Below, piece by piece: positions 12,001 through 17,799 of a stretch of DNA of 38,398 nucleotides. Position 1 is the first letter of the stretch. Each line of letters begins with the position of its first letter. The stretch lies in contig JANLIJ010000161.1 of the NCBI GenBank assembly GCA_024653575.1, positions 1 to 38,398 of the forward strand. The letters run 5' to 3'. Source of the DNA: Candidatus Kaiserbacteria bacterium. GTDB lineage: Bacteria; Patescibacteriota; Minisyncoccia; Phycocordibacterales; UBA918. The translations under genes and the position numbers were made by a program. The notes below the pieces were generated by a model that made no database searches, was not told where the DNA came from, and worked only from the letters and a program-made list of their open reading frames with translations.

Positions 12001-14159
12001 CAGATGCGGTTGTTAAATTGACGGTGACCTATGATGCTGATATGCAGGCTGACTTTGATGACGTGCGCTTCACGAGCAGTGATGGTGTAACACCACTTAA
12101 TCACTTTACTGAAACATATAGCGCAAGTTCACAGGCGACCGTCTGGGTGAAGGTACCAACGCTTGCCACATCGACTGATACTGAGGTCTATATGTACTAC
12201 GGCAACGGTGCAGTGAGTGACGGAAGTGCGACGAGTACGTTTGCATATATAGATACGTTTGAGGATGGAGGAATTGCAGAATATTCGGGTGACACGAGTA
12301 TCTTCGCTGTTGATGGAACATACGCGTATGAGAGAACCAATGGCCTCGATGCCACTGGAAACGAGAGTGCGAAGGCAACTGACGGTATATATAGAAATGA
12401 TGTGACGGTCTCACAGGGACAAACAATTCGCTACATGCAGTACATCAGCACCACCGCGGGGTCAGGAGATGAGACCTGTACGCTCTTTGGTGTGCAGTCA
12501 CCAGGAAGTAATAATTTAAACTATGCGGTATGTCTTGAGCTCTTCGGTACTGACCGTGTATCACTCGCAAAGGACGTTGATTACAATGACACATCGGGTA
12601 CGATTCTCGCATCGACGACGATAACGTATGCAACAGGATGGCATGAGGTTGAAATTGATTGGGCGACAGACGATTCCATTGGGGTGACCGTTTCAAGAAA
12701 TGGCACTGTCGTTGCGACAACGTCAGCGACCGATGCGTCATATACACAGGGAGGAGTTGGGTTTACATTCTGGTTCCAAAACGGAGGATGGGATATATAT
12801 TCGAGTCGTACACTTACAGCGACAACGCCAACGACAACCTTTGGGTTTGAACAGGTACCTGGTGGAGCGACATGGCTTGCGCCACTCAATACTACTGCAA
12901 CGGGTGTTGATGTCGGTGACAGTGCGCGTATCCGTTTCCTTGTTGAGAATACAGGCCTGACCGTCGCAAATCAAAATTATGAAATTGAGTTTGCGCCGAA
13001 GGGAGCTTCGCCGAGCTGTGAAGCAGTAAATTATGCGACATATGTCGAAGTACCGAACATCGCAAGCTGCGGCACGAGTGATATCTGTATGGTGTCATCC
13101 TCACAGTTTACAAATCTTGCATCGACAACAGATGTTCTGGGCGGTGCCGGCACATTCACCTACGGCCAAATTGTTGAGGATGCAAGTAACAATACGAGCA
13201 ACATCACACTTAACGATGATGAATATACGGAACTTGAGTATGTGATAACGCCTACCGTAAATGTTACTGATTCAAACTACTGTTTCAGAGTTTCAAATGA
13301 GGGGATTGACCTCGACTCATATGCTCAGGTTGCTGAGCTCGGTCTCCGATTTACACCAAATATTACCTCGCTTGTCTTTAATGACAGCAATGACATCACA
13401 CTTTTGCCAGGTACCACGACGCGCGTGTATGCGACGGGCACCGTTACTGATTTGAATGGGTACACCGATCTCGGGGCTGCAACGACTACGTTCTATCAGA
13501 ACGGTCCTGAAAATGGTGTTGGGTATGGTTGCTCGATCGATAACAACAACTGCTATCGTATGACGACGACGGGAGGTAGTTGCAGTTACACCAATTGTGG
13601 TGGTGATTCATGTGATATCGCGTGTTATGCGGACGTTTACTACCACGCGAATCCGACCGATATATTTTCGCCGGATGATGGTGATGCATGGACTGCGTAT
13701 CTTGAGGTGACTGATTTGGGTGGTGCGGTAGCAACAAATACTTCGTATTCACCTGACCTCATCACGCTTCGTGCCATCTCGATGGATAGTAGTATTGACT
13801 ACGGAGCCCTCGCAGTAAATTCTGATACAGGGGCATACAATGCAACAACGACACTTGAAAATATTGGTAATGGTAACCTCGATATTTCAATTGAAGGAAC
13901 AGATCTCACTGATGGAGGGTCATCCGCTATACCAGTGACACAGCAACACTTTGCGACATCGACATTTAGTTATAGTTCATGTGTCTATTGTAGTTCACTG
14001 GGAACTACATCAATTAACTACAAAATTGATTTGGCAAAACCTGCCTCAACAACACCATCGGTTACTGACGATATTTTCTGGGGTATTGCAATTCCATTTG
14101 GAGTCGCAGGTACACCGCATACAGGTACAAATATTTTCTACGCAATTGGAGATATATAA
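3..14159 (+). CDS. Giant (>4,700 aa) modular surface protein/adhesin, 5'-truncated: FN3-like modules, W-D-G-x-x-W propeller-like insert, three beta-helix-like super-repeats, two DUF2341-type modules, C-terminal Cys-rich + WxL-like module
   Basis: Frame 3 is open from base 3 (FDITQSPLDITG...LRLRMSIHDEN), so the ATG at 294 is internal. It has YYWRVR/YWWRVR FN3-type motifs, YSQDHA...YWS(Y/H)ATDFDG three times, FSDVRFT/FDDVRFT..WVK..YYG (DUF2341) twice, and a TAA stop ending at 14159. Confidence 0.9.
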   Translation, partial: FDITQSPLDITGVSTTTYNNLCLRATLSTTNSSIPSLDDWTLSWEREPYLIQADYRWYANSTSTTPTDPWPVGAVDVDEDEAIITASPGLGSVLRLRMSIHDENVALSTSTSAFKLQYASSTDCTVATWSDVGAIGSSSPEWRGYNNAGISDGVTLSSLLLSTTTVLGTYEEANSSALNPNIVGVGNDVEFDWVLEHNGLAGTQYCFRAVTSDGVELNEYTNYPTLTTNASPNQPTLSTLFDNEKTATVTPNFQFSASDPEGEDLSYQIQIDNDYAFDSTVADRNTVDDGTMFENLATPADKDPFNTGETIEFRLSSALTNGVTYYWRVRSKDPNGSGAWGSWSQIRSFTIDTGLTASAWFQTTDEQFDTDSLEDTETSVAESVSLSGGFTTGTTTGTEVRFDWGTSGNAWDSFTFTDVEASSDLKYRIQYYENEVWADIPDTDLPGNSTGFDTSPVNLLGLDTATYNTIRVVAVFTDAGASPVLQEWTIYWGYKILPPDINMLFPNERQATTTPVLEFFTSDPQGDTLVYQVQWSTTYNFTASTTRTSSSSSGFANITTPADTSPFNSGELIQYTIQPGDALTDNVTYWWRVRAVDPLGSNNYSAFTDPQSFTVSSTTNVSTWFQTTSEQFLTDSLSGITTLAQSATVATTAIESLVGYAEGTAPEPRYRLWDGTVWGSELQALSVGSAITWLSTKPGETREEYLLGTLGTDGDVNIQVYQNGSWGNLQEITTGVPNTTARGFDIAYENVSGDAMVVSCDGDADPVYYIWDGAWTLGGTINLNSSNNCTWIRLMSDPVSDEIILMARDSSGLYYELFVWSGSSWGNSTTLGSMNEVVHEGVTGSYEESGAQAVVVASNGINASFVWKAWDGAVWSATTTVALGDDFESGALVSDVGSDNMALCYVDEDNDIGAVRWTGAGFVATVELETAWAAGSTVKNDRPVDCLFEVGGARDGYIMVAYSDTTNVRYRVWDGAVWVAEASVSTIQDSARVQLRRTFANLPQLVAYDMTNDRYDYSSWNGATWSVFQSLETNGVSGAYPYKEPFMIAPRNPGSTGTIVGNPGIAFYDGAGPYWQELNWTDSEPSGSTILYQVEYYDGVSWELVPDSLIPNNSVGTSTGPISLINVLPVSTYNMIRPVANLSCNLGTCPTLSDWTLTWSAGITVSGTAQQYDQSANLTSGTVAVAINGALQVGRTGTISGGTWSIANVNAAPGDVITVFISGVADTNEAVAKARYDGVGDMSGLRLYERHVTIGSNDATSTPFTNTDLGLYDYSNNEDLFFNATGTALSTCVESGCADAELYIMASTTYAPSGSLTLHDIENNGTLIAQGNTLTVSGSWDNNGTTTMGTSTVIFTATSTTETIDGTGSITNAFYNVTFGNGATTATWTPLSTLDIDNNLTVSNGTLSRDGVQITVGGNLTTGASGFWSGSATTTFDGTGTKNWSDSNAILQNVGNVHVDGTSKTIQLTGNVKAQSVTIGADDILDVSTGNFDITVLTDWINNNTFVPRAGEVIFGATTTNRIITAGGDAFYDLTFNGVGGSWSFTEADLSVTNDFRVSTGTVTMPTGTTTLSGSWNSVGGTFAHNNSTLLMTSGGVETISASGTPFTNNFYTLVFNGLGSWSFLDTSATTSNDFRIQQGTVVLPQTTLSVSGNFMNTGGTFTHNSGTVAFTGTGARVIDTNASFNNVLFGGSGSWSFFDTSVTVLGSFVATNGTVTLPSSTLTLGGSLVNTAVINHNSGTVLFNSSDTGETINLGNSPLYNAIFNSTGGGWTITAPATTTNNFSLSTTSTFTLASGQTLAVLGTFTNNVSNASTTWAGSTLSLEAGNYSINSKTNLGDTYDTLRVKASTDIKMWNSSASLYVVDGTGSLYSQDHAGVDGVLYIFGAYERISGNEYWSYATDFDGTALGGGSRQVDVRFAGGASASFTDATLQILGTAVSTTTVDRQSGGLFGIVLSNSTLNAQYYDIRHQNELGLRLLNGTTITSLANGHFTVDAIGGSAITASSSTIDLNPGLQIYNVQFDTAVGALSDLTTGDGENTFIFFDDFNDGSINTSKWTKDVELGSITETGGYLRAGGGIASGNYGHVSLGSEVGYASFLDNSVVWRARNSTNGIGELVFRGDYGTNRGYKARFDQRVGTNGNAFLETPYSGWTISNGTGTCTSDSLEPVADQWYRYEVTASSTNFIMYRDGASMRNCTDNTFALAGEIALQNHYGSYTDYDWVGVRPFVTPAPTSTSWGVEETVRTGLYRESHVVTGSIIGAQTDYVLPITVNYGAGTDAGSTMYCDSLCNTNFSDVRFTNQDGSPLSYWRDESFATSSTATFWVKFDSIPASPATTSIYAYYGDVSGYNVTQSDGAPTSYWWFRSSLGDIDGESYDNDTGNPGSIRWDDSALTINVSGTVYSDDGVTPMSGPTCNDSTQNIRIVVEGGSSYTGDCASADGTFSIPGVVIVGDPVVTAYLDTNGGAKGTTVTRTPTADITDLDIHQNRVITRHEDTAPLNILNMAVYDFDNDSDIRFTAATGTLTVLSGSELHIASTTTFAPVGDITINANASGTASDGSLHLARNAILTGYATSTYTIGGSFTMDEGAVFSPASTTVVMNATTTGKTITTTASQEISFSTLEFNGAGGGWNINGDVRAYENMLVTQGTVSGTADVTVVNGSLIGDGVLSMGGGTTTINSSNTLGGATAWTFANLVLGNASLVGTTTPSSNATTTILGKLTISTAHFLHAGGSLWNFAGTGNVFTENGTFIEGTSTVRYSGTGATNILSTTYHNLDLKAQGGSPTYTAVGLGIVVSNNAVIGNGTTVTFDTSDPALDVNGNLSIETGGTFIGSGSASTTIAGDWDNNGTFTASGGTIVFDGASASNIYAGNSSFSNVRFNGIGTFTVAEHATATVSLMLRNAGSFTLSSGQTLAVDGTFTNEIGGAGTTWTGSTLSLYGGGNYAINASTTSDIYNVLNVRTNTQIRMWNSSASTYDVHTSGSLYSQDHANVTGDLYIFGAYTKSAGTDYWSHATDFDGSILGSPRNVDVYVAGGGSILYTGGGLSVVGDASASTTIQNQGSGTYTFRIGGNASTTWSYYQISNTDSSGLVFSGTPTVVTLSHGDFDVTQNSGTALTVGGTVMTQNPARTFTNNSFATSTGVGPAYNVTATGTTVSSWRFTNHTGTIDGEAFDVDPTGDPGYVVWDDSAANITVSGIVYSDEGTTPMGASVCDGGTQSIHLRVGGLTSYTGSCNGSGAYSISGVLYSPGDSLIVYIDGETEKAATVTEDPISSIGNMDLYENRVIVRHEGTDPLSIVDMSLWDSSDDADIPFTAVDGSPDTLTVPANRKLIVWGSKEFEPNGNVTVSGGGGGSAYDGTLELYSSAIFDATGSETHTIGGSLIAGVGASIDDETSTFTFTTTGGARTIDTNEYSFYNAVFNGSGSWTITNTALDVGNDLTITQGAVTLPSGTTTITGTLSVTSGSFNANGGNMLFNSATAETITASTSAFNTLTINGAGSFALQGTHATATSRVRIENGTFTSVSGTFTVGENFINDGTFAHNSGTLRMTSAGTAVLTASSSDLGSVIFSGGGAYSFTDEDVALLGSLTIQSGAVAMASGTMSIGGSFVNSGGTFTHATGTVLFNSSDVGETINSGVSTFNSVSFASASGGWTITNNATTTGNFSLVSATSFAVSSSTRLAVQGVFTNLVGGGATTWTGSTLAINSGVSYTINTKTSGGDTYNTVLISSSTALRAWDSAGSIAVMDANSSFYSQDHAGVSGSLYIFGNYVRRTGADYWSYATDFDGTALGGSSRQAFVYMANGATTTLTGGSLDIVGTAGFDTTINNQGSGTYGVNIMGGTLNAQYYSFTNMGAEGLTLSGTTTITSLTEGNFTLAQNGGSLITLSSTTLNHNAGLVVTGASFATTSAITGYNINLVGTTPSAWTFVSHTGNLSGEAFDNDGGDDCGSLRWSNSTCLLTQQSGYRWRNDDGGEGVPNSEWFDLDWGKRKRVTVTNADAIAYTDAVVKLTVTYDADMQADFDDVRFTSSDGVTPLNHFTETYSASSQATVWVKVPTLATSTDTEVYMYYGNGAVSDGSATSTFAYIDTFEDGGIAEYSGDTSIFAVDGTYAYERTNGLDATGNESAKATDGIYRNDVTVSQGQTIRYMQYISTTAGSGDETCTLFGVQSPGSNNLNYAVCLELFGTDRVSLAKDVDYNDTSGTILASTTITYATGWHEVEIDWATDDSIGVTVSRNGTVVATTSATDASYTQGGVGFTFWFQNGGWDIYSSRTLTATTPTTTFGFEQVPGGATWLAPLNTTATGVDVGDSARIRFLVENTGLTVANQNYEIEFAPKGASPSCEAVNYATYVEVPNIASCGTSDICMVSSSQFTNLASTTDVLGGAGTFTYGQIVEDASNNTSNITLNDDEYTELEYVITPTVNVTDSNYCFRVSNEGIDLDSYAQVAELGLRFTPNITSLVFNDSNDITLLPGTTTRVYATGTVTDLNGYTDLGAATTTFYQNGPENGVGYGCSIDNNNCYRMTTTGGSCSYTNCGGDSCDIACYADVYYHANPTDIFSPDDGDAWTAYLEVTDLGGAVATNTSYSPDLITLRAISMDSSIDYGALAVNSDTGAYNATTTLENIGNGNLDISIEGTDLTDGGSSAIPVTQQHFATSTFSYSSCVYCSSLGTTSINYKIDLAKPASTTPSVTDDIFWGIAIPFGVAGTPHTGTNIFYAIGDI

Positions 14160-14218
14160 AATCAATCACAAAATGTGGTCAGGTGTGAGATGAGTTTAAA
14201 GTTATCCGATTGAGCTAG

Positions 14219-14247
14219 TTTCTTATTTCTTATTTCTTATTTACTAT
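14219..14247 (+). repeat. (TTTCTTA)x3 heptamer tandem running into a TACTAT -10-like box
   Basis: Three exact TTTCTTA units at 14219-14239. TACTAT at 14242-14247 lies 6 nt before the ATG at 14254. Confidence 0.6.
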
Positions 14248-14253
14248 AGAGGT

Positions 14254-15753
14254 ATGATTCGTTCGCTTTCCACAGCGATTTTGACGCTCTTTGTGATTGC
14301 ATACTATGTGCAGGTTATGCCTGTCGTGCGTGCAGCTGACACTGTCCCACCTGATATTACGAATGTTCAGATTACGAACGTTGCGGAGGACACTGTTACC
14401 GTGACGTGGGTGACCGATGAGGATGCAGACTCAACCATAAACTATGGACTTCAGGAGGACTATGGAATTGTGCGTATTCCTGAGGCAAACCGTACGGAAC
14501 ACTCAGTGACACTCGATAATCTTGAGCCTGGTCGTACCTACTACTTCCGCGTAGTTTCGTCTGATGAGGATGGTAACCAAGGGATTTCTGCAAACTATAA
14601 GGTGCTCACTGAAGGCAACCCCGAGTCAGGAAGTGATTCAGGAAAGGGAAGTGAGACACAGACAGAGACGAGTCAGACAGTGCAAACACAATCACAGACA
14701 ACGCAAGAAATTGTTGAACAGATTCAGCAAATCCAGTCACCCGAGACACTTCAGGAAATTCTCAATGAGACCGTGAAGGCGATTCAGGGCATTACTGAGG
14801 ACCTTACCATCGTCGGTCCTCCAACCGTTGTTACAGAGACCACAAGCGCAATTGTGAAATGGACAACAGACAGAGCTGCAAGCTCTGAGGTTCGCTTTTC
14901 ATCATCTGATACATACATTCCTGAACAGTATGAATTCTCTCAAGCAAGCACTGATGCCGATACGACTGACCACGAGGTGCGCATCATTGGTCTCGAACCA
15001 TATACCGAGTATCACTTCCAAGTTCGTTCAAAGGACAGTTATGATATTACCGGCACGAGTCGAGATTACACCTTTAGAACGAAAGCATCACTACCCGATA
15101 TAAAGAACTTGCATATATTGAAAGTTGAGGAAAACTCTGCGACGCTTGCGTGGGACACTACCGTCCCCGCGAAGGCGCTCATTGAATATCAAGACCTCAC
15201 AACGGGTGCGCAAAACTCGATTGGGCGACCAACACTTGCCTCGACGCATCAGATGAGAATCTCTGACCTTACACTTGGAACGCGCTACGTTGCCTTTGTT
15301 ATCGCTGAAAATGCAGGAGGGGACAGAGTAAAGAGTAACCCAATCACTTTCGTTACGGTGAAGGATACTGCGCCACCAATCATTAGTAACGTGACCAACG
15401 AATCGACCATTTTCCCTGGTGGTGAGTCTCGTATTCAAACTATTATAGAGTGGCTCACCGACGAGCCTGCACATTGTGCGCTTTCATATCGCGAAGGTAT
15501 ATCAGGAGGTATTGATCCAACAGTCATTGACTCAAAGGACAGTGGTTTTACAGCACAGCACGTTGAGGTGATTGTGGAGTTTGCTCCTGCAACGGTATAC
15601 CAATTTTGGCTCGAATGTGCAGATGATGCGGGGAACTCGGTGAAATCTGAGAACTACGTGCTCTTCACACCAATTCAAGAGAAAAATATTATTGATATCA
15701 TTATTGAGAACTTCGAAAGCACCTTCGGATGGGTTAAGAACGTTGGCGGGTAG
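14254..15753 (+). CDS. Secreted fibronectin type III repeat protein (about 4 FN3/purple-acid-phosphatase-N-like domains)
   Basis: Signal peptide (..VRA-AD). Repeated W-x-T-D..H-x-V-x-L-x-x-L-x-P-x-x-x-Y-x-F-x-V motifs, a Q/T-rich linker and an amphipathic C-terminal helix (IIDIIIENFESTFGWV). Confidence 0.85.
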   Translation: MIRSLSTAILTLFVIAYYVQVMPVVRAADTVPPDITNVQITNVAEDTVTVTWVTDEDADSTINYGLQEDYGIVRIPEANRTEHSVTLDNLEPGRTYYFRVVSSDEDGNQGISANYKVLTEGNPESGSDSGKGSETQTETSQTVQTQSQTTQEIVEQIQQIQSPETLQEILNETVKAIQGITEDLTIVGPPTVVTETTSAIVKWTTDRAASSEVRFSSSDTYIPEQYEFSQASTDADTTDHEVRIIGLEPYTEYHFQVRSKDSYDITGTSRDYTFRTKASLPDIKNLHILKVEENSATLAWDTTVPAKALIEYQDLTTGAQNSIGRPTLASTHQMRISDLTLGTRYVAFVIAENAGGDRVKSNPITFVTVKDTAPPIISNVTNESTIFPGGESRIQTIIEWLTDEPAHCALSYREGISGGIDPTVIDSKDSGFTAQHVEVIVEFAPATVYQFWLECADDAGNSVKSENYVLFTPIQEKNIIDIIIENFESTFGWVKNVGG

Positions 15754-15870
15754 AATATAGAATAGAAAATATAGGATATGGAATATAGAATAGAAAAAAT
15801 AAAAAATATAACATATGCAACGCGAAGCGTTGCTATATTCTATATTCCATATTCTCTATCCTGTATCTAA
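15751..15870. repeat. Heptamer-periodic (AGAATAT / ATATTCT) inverted repeat around a GCAACGC-GAA-GCGTTGC hairpin
   Basis: Perfect 17-bp inverted repeat at 15776-15792 / 15836-15852. Central 7-bp stem at 15817-15833. Confidence 0.8.
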
Positions 15871-15876
15871 TTTATT

Positions 15877-17199
15877 ATGTCAAAACCACTCATTATATGT
15901 AGGAACCTTGACATCACCTATAATAAGGGGAAGTCGAATGAATTTAAGGCGCTTCAGGGTGTAAACACTGACATTTACGAGGGCGAGTATATTATTCTCT
16001 TTGGACCATCGGGTTGTGGAAAGTCAACACTCATGTACGCCATACAGGGTTCACTTCCACCGGGTGATGGGACATTACTTATACGAGGCGATGATATTTA
16101 CTCATATCCCCCACAGGAGCGCGTCTACTTCCAGAGATATGTCATGGGAATTATTTTTCAGTCATTCAATCTCATTGGCTCCCTCTCGGTGCTCGATAAT
16201 GTTGCGCTTCCCATGATTTTTTGTGATGCAAATAAAGCGACACGCGAACGAAGGGCACAAATGTTGCTCGACAGGTTTGGTGTTGGTCACGTATCCGATA
16301 AGATTCCCTCAATGCTCTCAGGAGGACAGCAACAGCGTGTCTCTGTAGCGCGTTCCATGGTGAACGATCCGCAGATTCTACTCGCTGATGAACCAACAGG
16401 GAACCTCGATAGCACATCGACACAGCAGGTTATGGATAAGATTGACGAAATTAACACCTTTGATCAACGCACCATTATCATGGTCTCACACAATGCAGCT
16501 CACCTCTCATACGCTCATCGTGTGTACTACCTCAAGGATGGATTCATTGTGCGTGAGGTGGTGAATCCTCAGAGAAAGCAAATTAAACCCGTTCGTGAAG
16601 GTGAGACTATTGTAACTGAACTCGAACTGCTTGCGCGTCTTTTTCCCTACGACTCTATAGACACCCTTCGTGTAAAAAGTCTTACCAATTTTTTAACGCA
16701 AGATTATTCATTCAACCAACTTATTCGTATCGAGAAAGCTATCAGCCTTCTTATAAATGGAAAGATTCACAAAAAACTATTTATCGATGCACTGGTGAAA
16801 AAGTATGACGAAGGTGGGGTAGGAATAGAGAGGAAAACAGCAGAGCATATGGCGAGTGCTTCGGTCTCTATCGTGAAGCAGTCAGCAGATATTAAGCGTT
16901 TCAGAAGTGACAATGATTCCGATGCGGCATTCTTTTCGCAACATAAATTCGCTGAACGCGTGCGCGAGTATCTTCTAGAAAATCATCACATTCCACTCAC
17001 AAAAGTAATGGAGGCAAACCTTACTACGATGATTGCTGACAGGCTCTCCGGCGTCACGGGAGATAAAGATTTCCATAGAGAACTCATGGCGCTCACCAAG
17101 GATGGTGGCCTTCACCTCAAAGAAGATCTCGCTGATGATATGGCGCGGTACATGGAGAAACTCATCGCCCTCGGTGTTGATGTGAGCTACAAGGCGTAA
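15877..17199 (+). CDS. ABC transporter ATP-binding protein, MacB/LolD family, with ~210-aa C-terminal extension
   Basis: Walker [10 protein letters not shown]-loop IFQSFNLI, signature LSGGQQQR, Walker B/D-loop [13 protein letters not shown]-loop MVSH. Confidence 0.95.
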   Translation: MSKPLIICRNLDITYNKGKSNEFKALQGVNTDIYEGEYIILFGPSGCGKSTLMYAIQGSLPPGDGTLLIRGDDIYSYPPQERVYFQRYVMGIIFQSFNLIGSLSVLDNVALPMIFCDANKATRERRAQMLLDRFGVGHVSDKIPSMLSGGQQQRVSVARSMVNDPQILLADEPTGNLDSTSTQQVMDKIDEINTFDQRTIIMVSHNAAHLSYAHRVYYLKDGFIVREVVNPQRKQIKPVREGETIVTELELLARLFPYDSIDTLRVKSLTNFLTQDYSFNQLIRIEKAISLLINGKIHKKLFIDALVKKYDEGGVGIERKTAEHMASASVSIVKQSADIKRFRSDNDSDAAFFSQHKFAERVREYLLENHHIPLTKVMEANLTTMIADRLSGVTGDKDFHRELMALTKDGGLHLKEDLADDMARYMEKLIALGVDVSYKA

Positions 17200-17256
17200 T
17201 AAACATAATTGTTATGGCTTGTGTCCCCATCTCACCGAGATAGTATCTACATACAT

Positions 17257-17265
17257 TGTTATACT
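17257..17265 (+). promoter_or_regulatory. Extended -10 promoter (TG-T-TATACT)
   Basis: TGTTATACT ends 9 nt before the ATG at 17275, and no SD sequence is present. Confidence 0.55.
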
Positions 17266-17274
17266 ACTTGTACT

Positions 17275-17799
17275 ATGTTCCCAACATTTCGTGTGTTCAC
17301 CGAACGTCACCCACGATACGTTACTCTTGTGGGATTTTCTATTTTTGTCTTGGGTATGACACTGTATGGTTTCCAGCAAATATCTGAGCGAACAGTAGTA
17401 AAGGTGCCGCCGATAGTCAATAATGAAAATACGGAAGAATTACAAAAATCTCTTCTTGAACCAATGAGGACAGATTTTGGTGCGAGTGTACCTGATGGTT
17501 TTGTCGCCGATATTCCAGTTGAGGGAGGGGTGATGTTTGAACAGAGCTATAGCCTCGAATACCCAGAACAGAAGCAATTGTCTGTGGTTTTCCCTTCGGC
17601 ACTGAATGTAAAAGAAAACTATATTCTGTATGAGGATTTTCTCAAAGATCAAGGGTGGAATGTTTTAAATAGGTATGAGAGTGATATGGTGTCCTCGCTA
17701 TATGCAACAAAGGAAAATGAAGAAGTTAATGTAACCATTGGTGAACTTGGTGCAGGCATGGCAAAATCACAGGTGAGTATTAGTATTTTGAAAAAATGA
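17275..17799 (+). CDS. Membrane-anchored hypothetical protein (~174 aa)
   Basis: ATG 17275 is preferred over the track start at 17209 because the promoter lies between them. One N-terminal TM helix, then a PDGFVADIP...Y..FLKDQGW domain. ATGA overlap with the next gene. Confidence 0.75.
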   Translation: MFPTFRVFTERHPRYVTLVGFSIFVLGMTLYGFQQISERTVVKVPPIVNNENTEELQKSLLEPMRTDFGASVPDGFVADIPVEGGVMFEQSYSLEYPEQKQLSVVFPSALNVKENYILYEDFLKDQGWNVLNRYESDMVSSLYATKENEEVNVTIGELGAGMAKSQVSISILKK

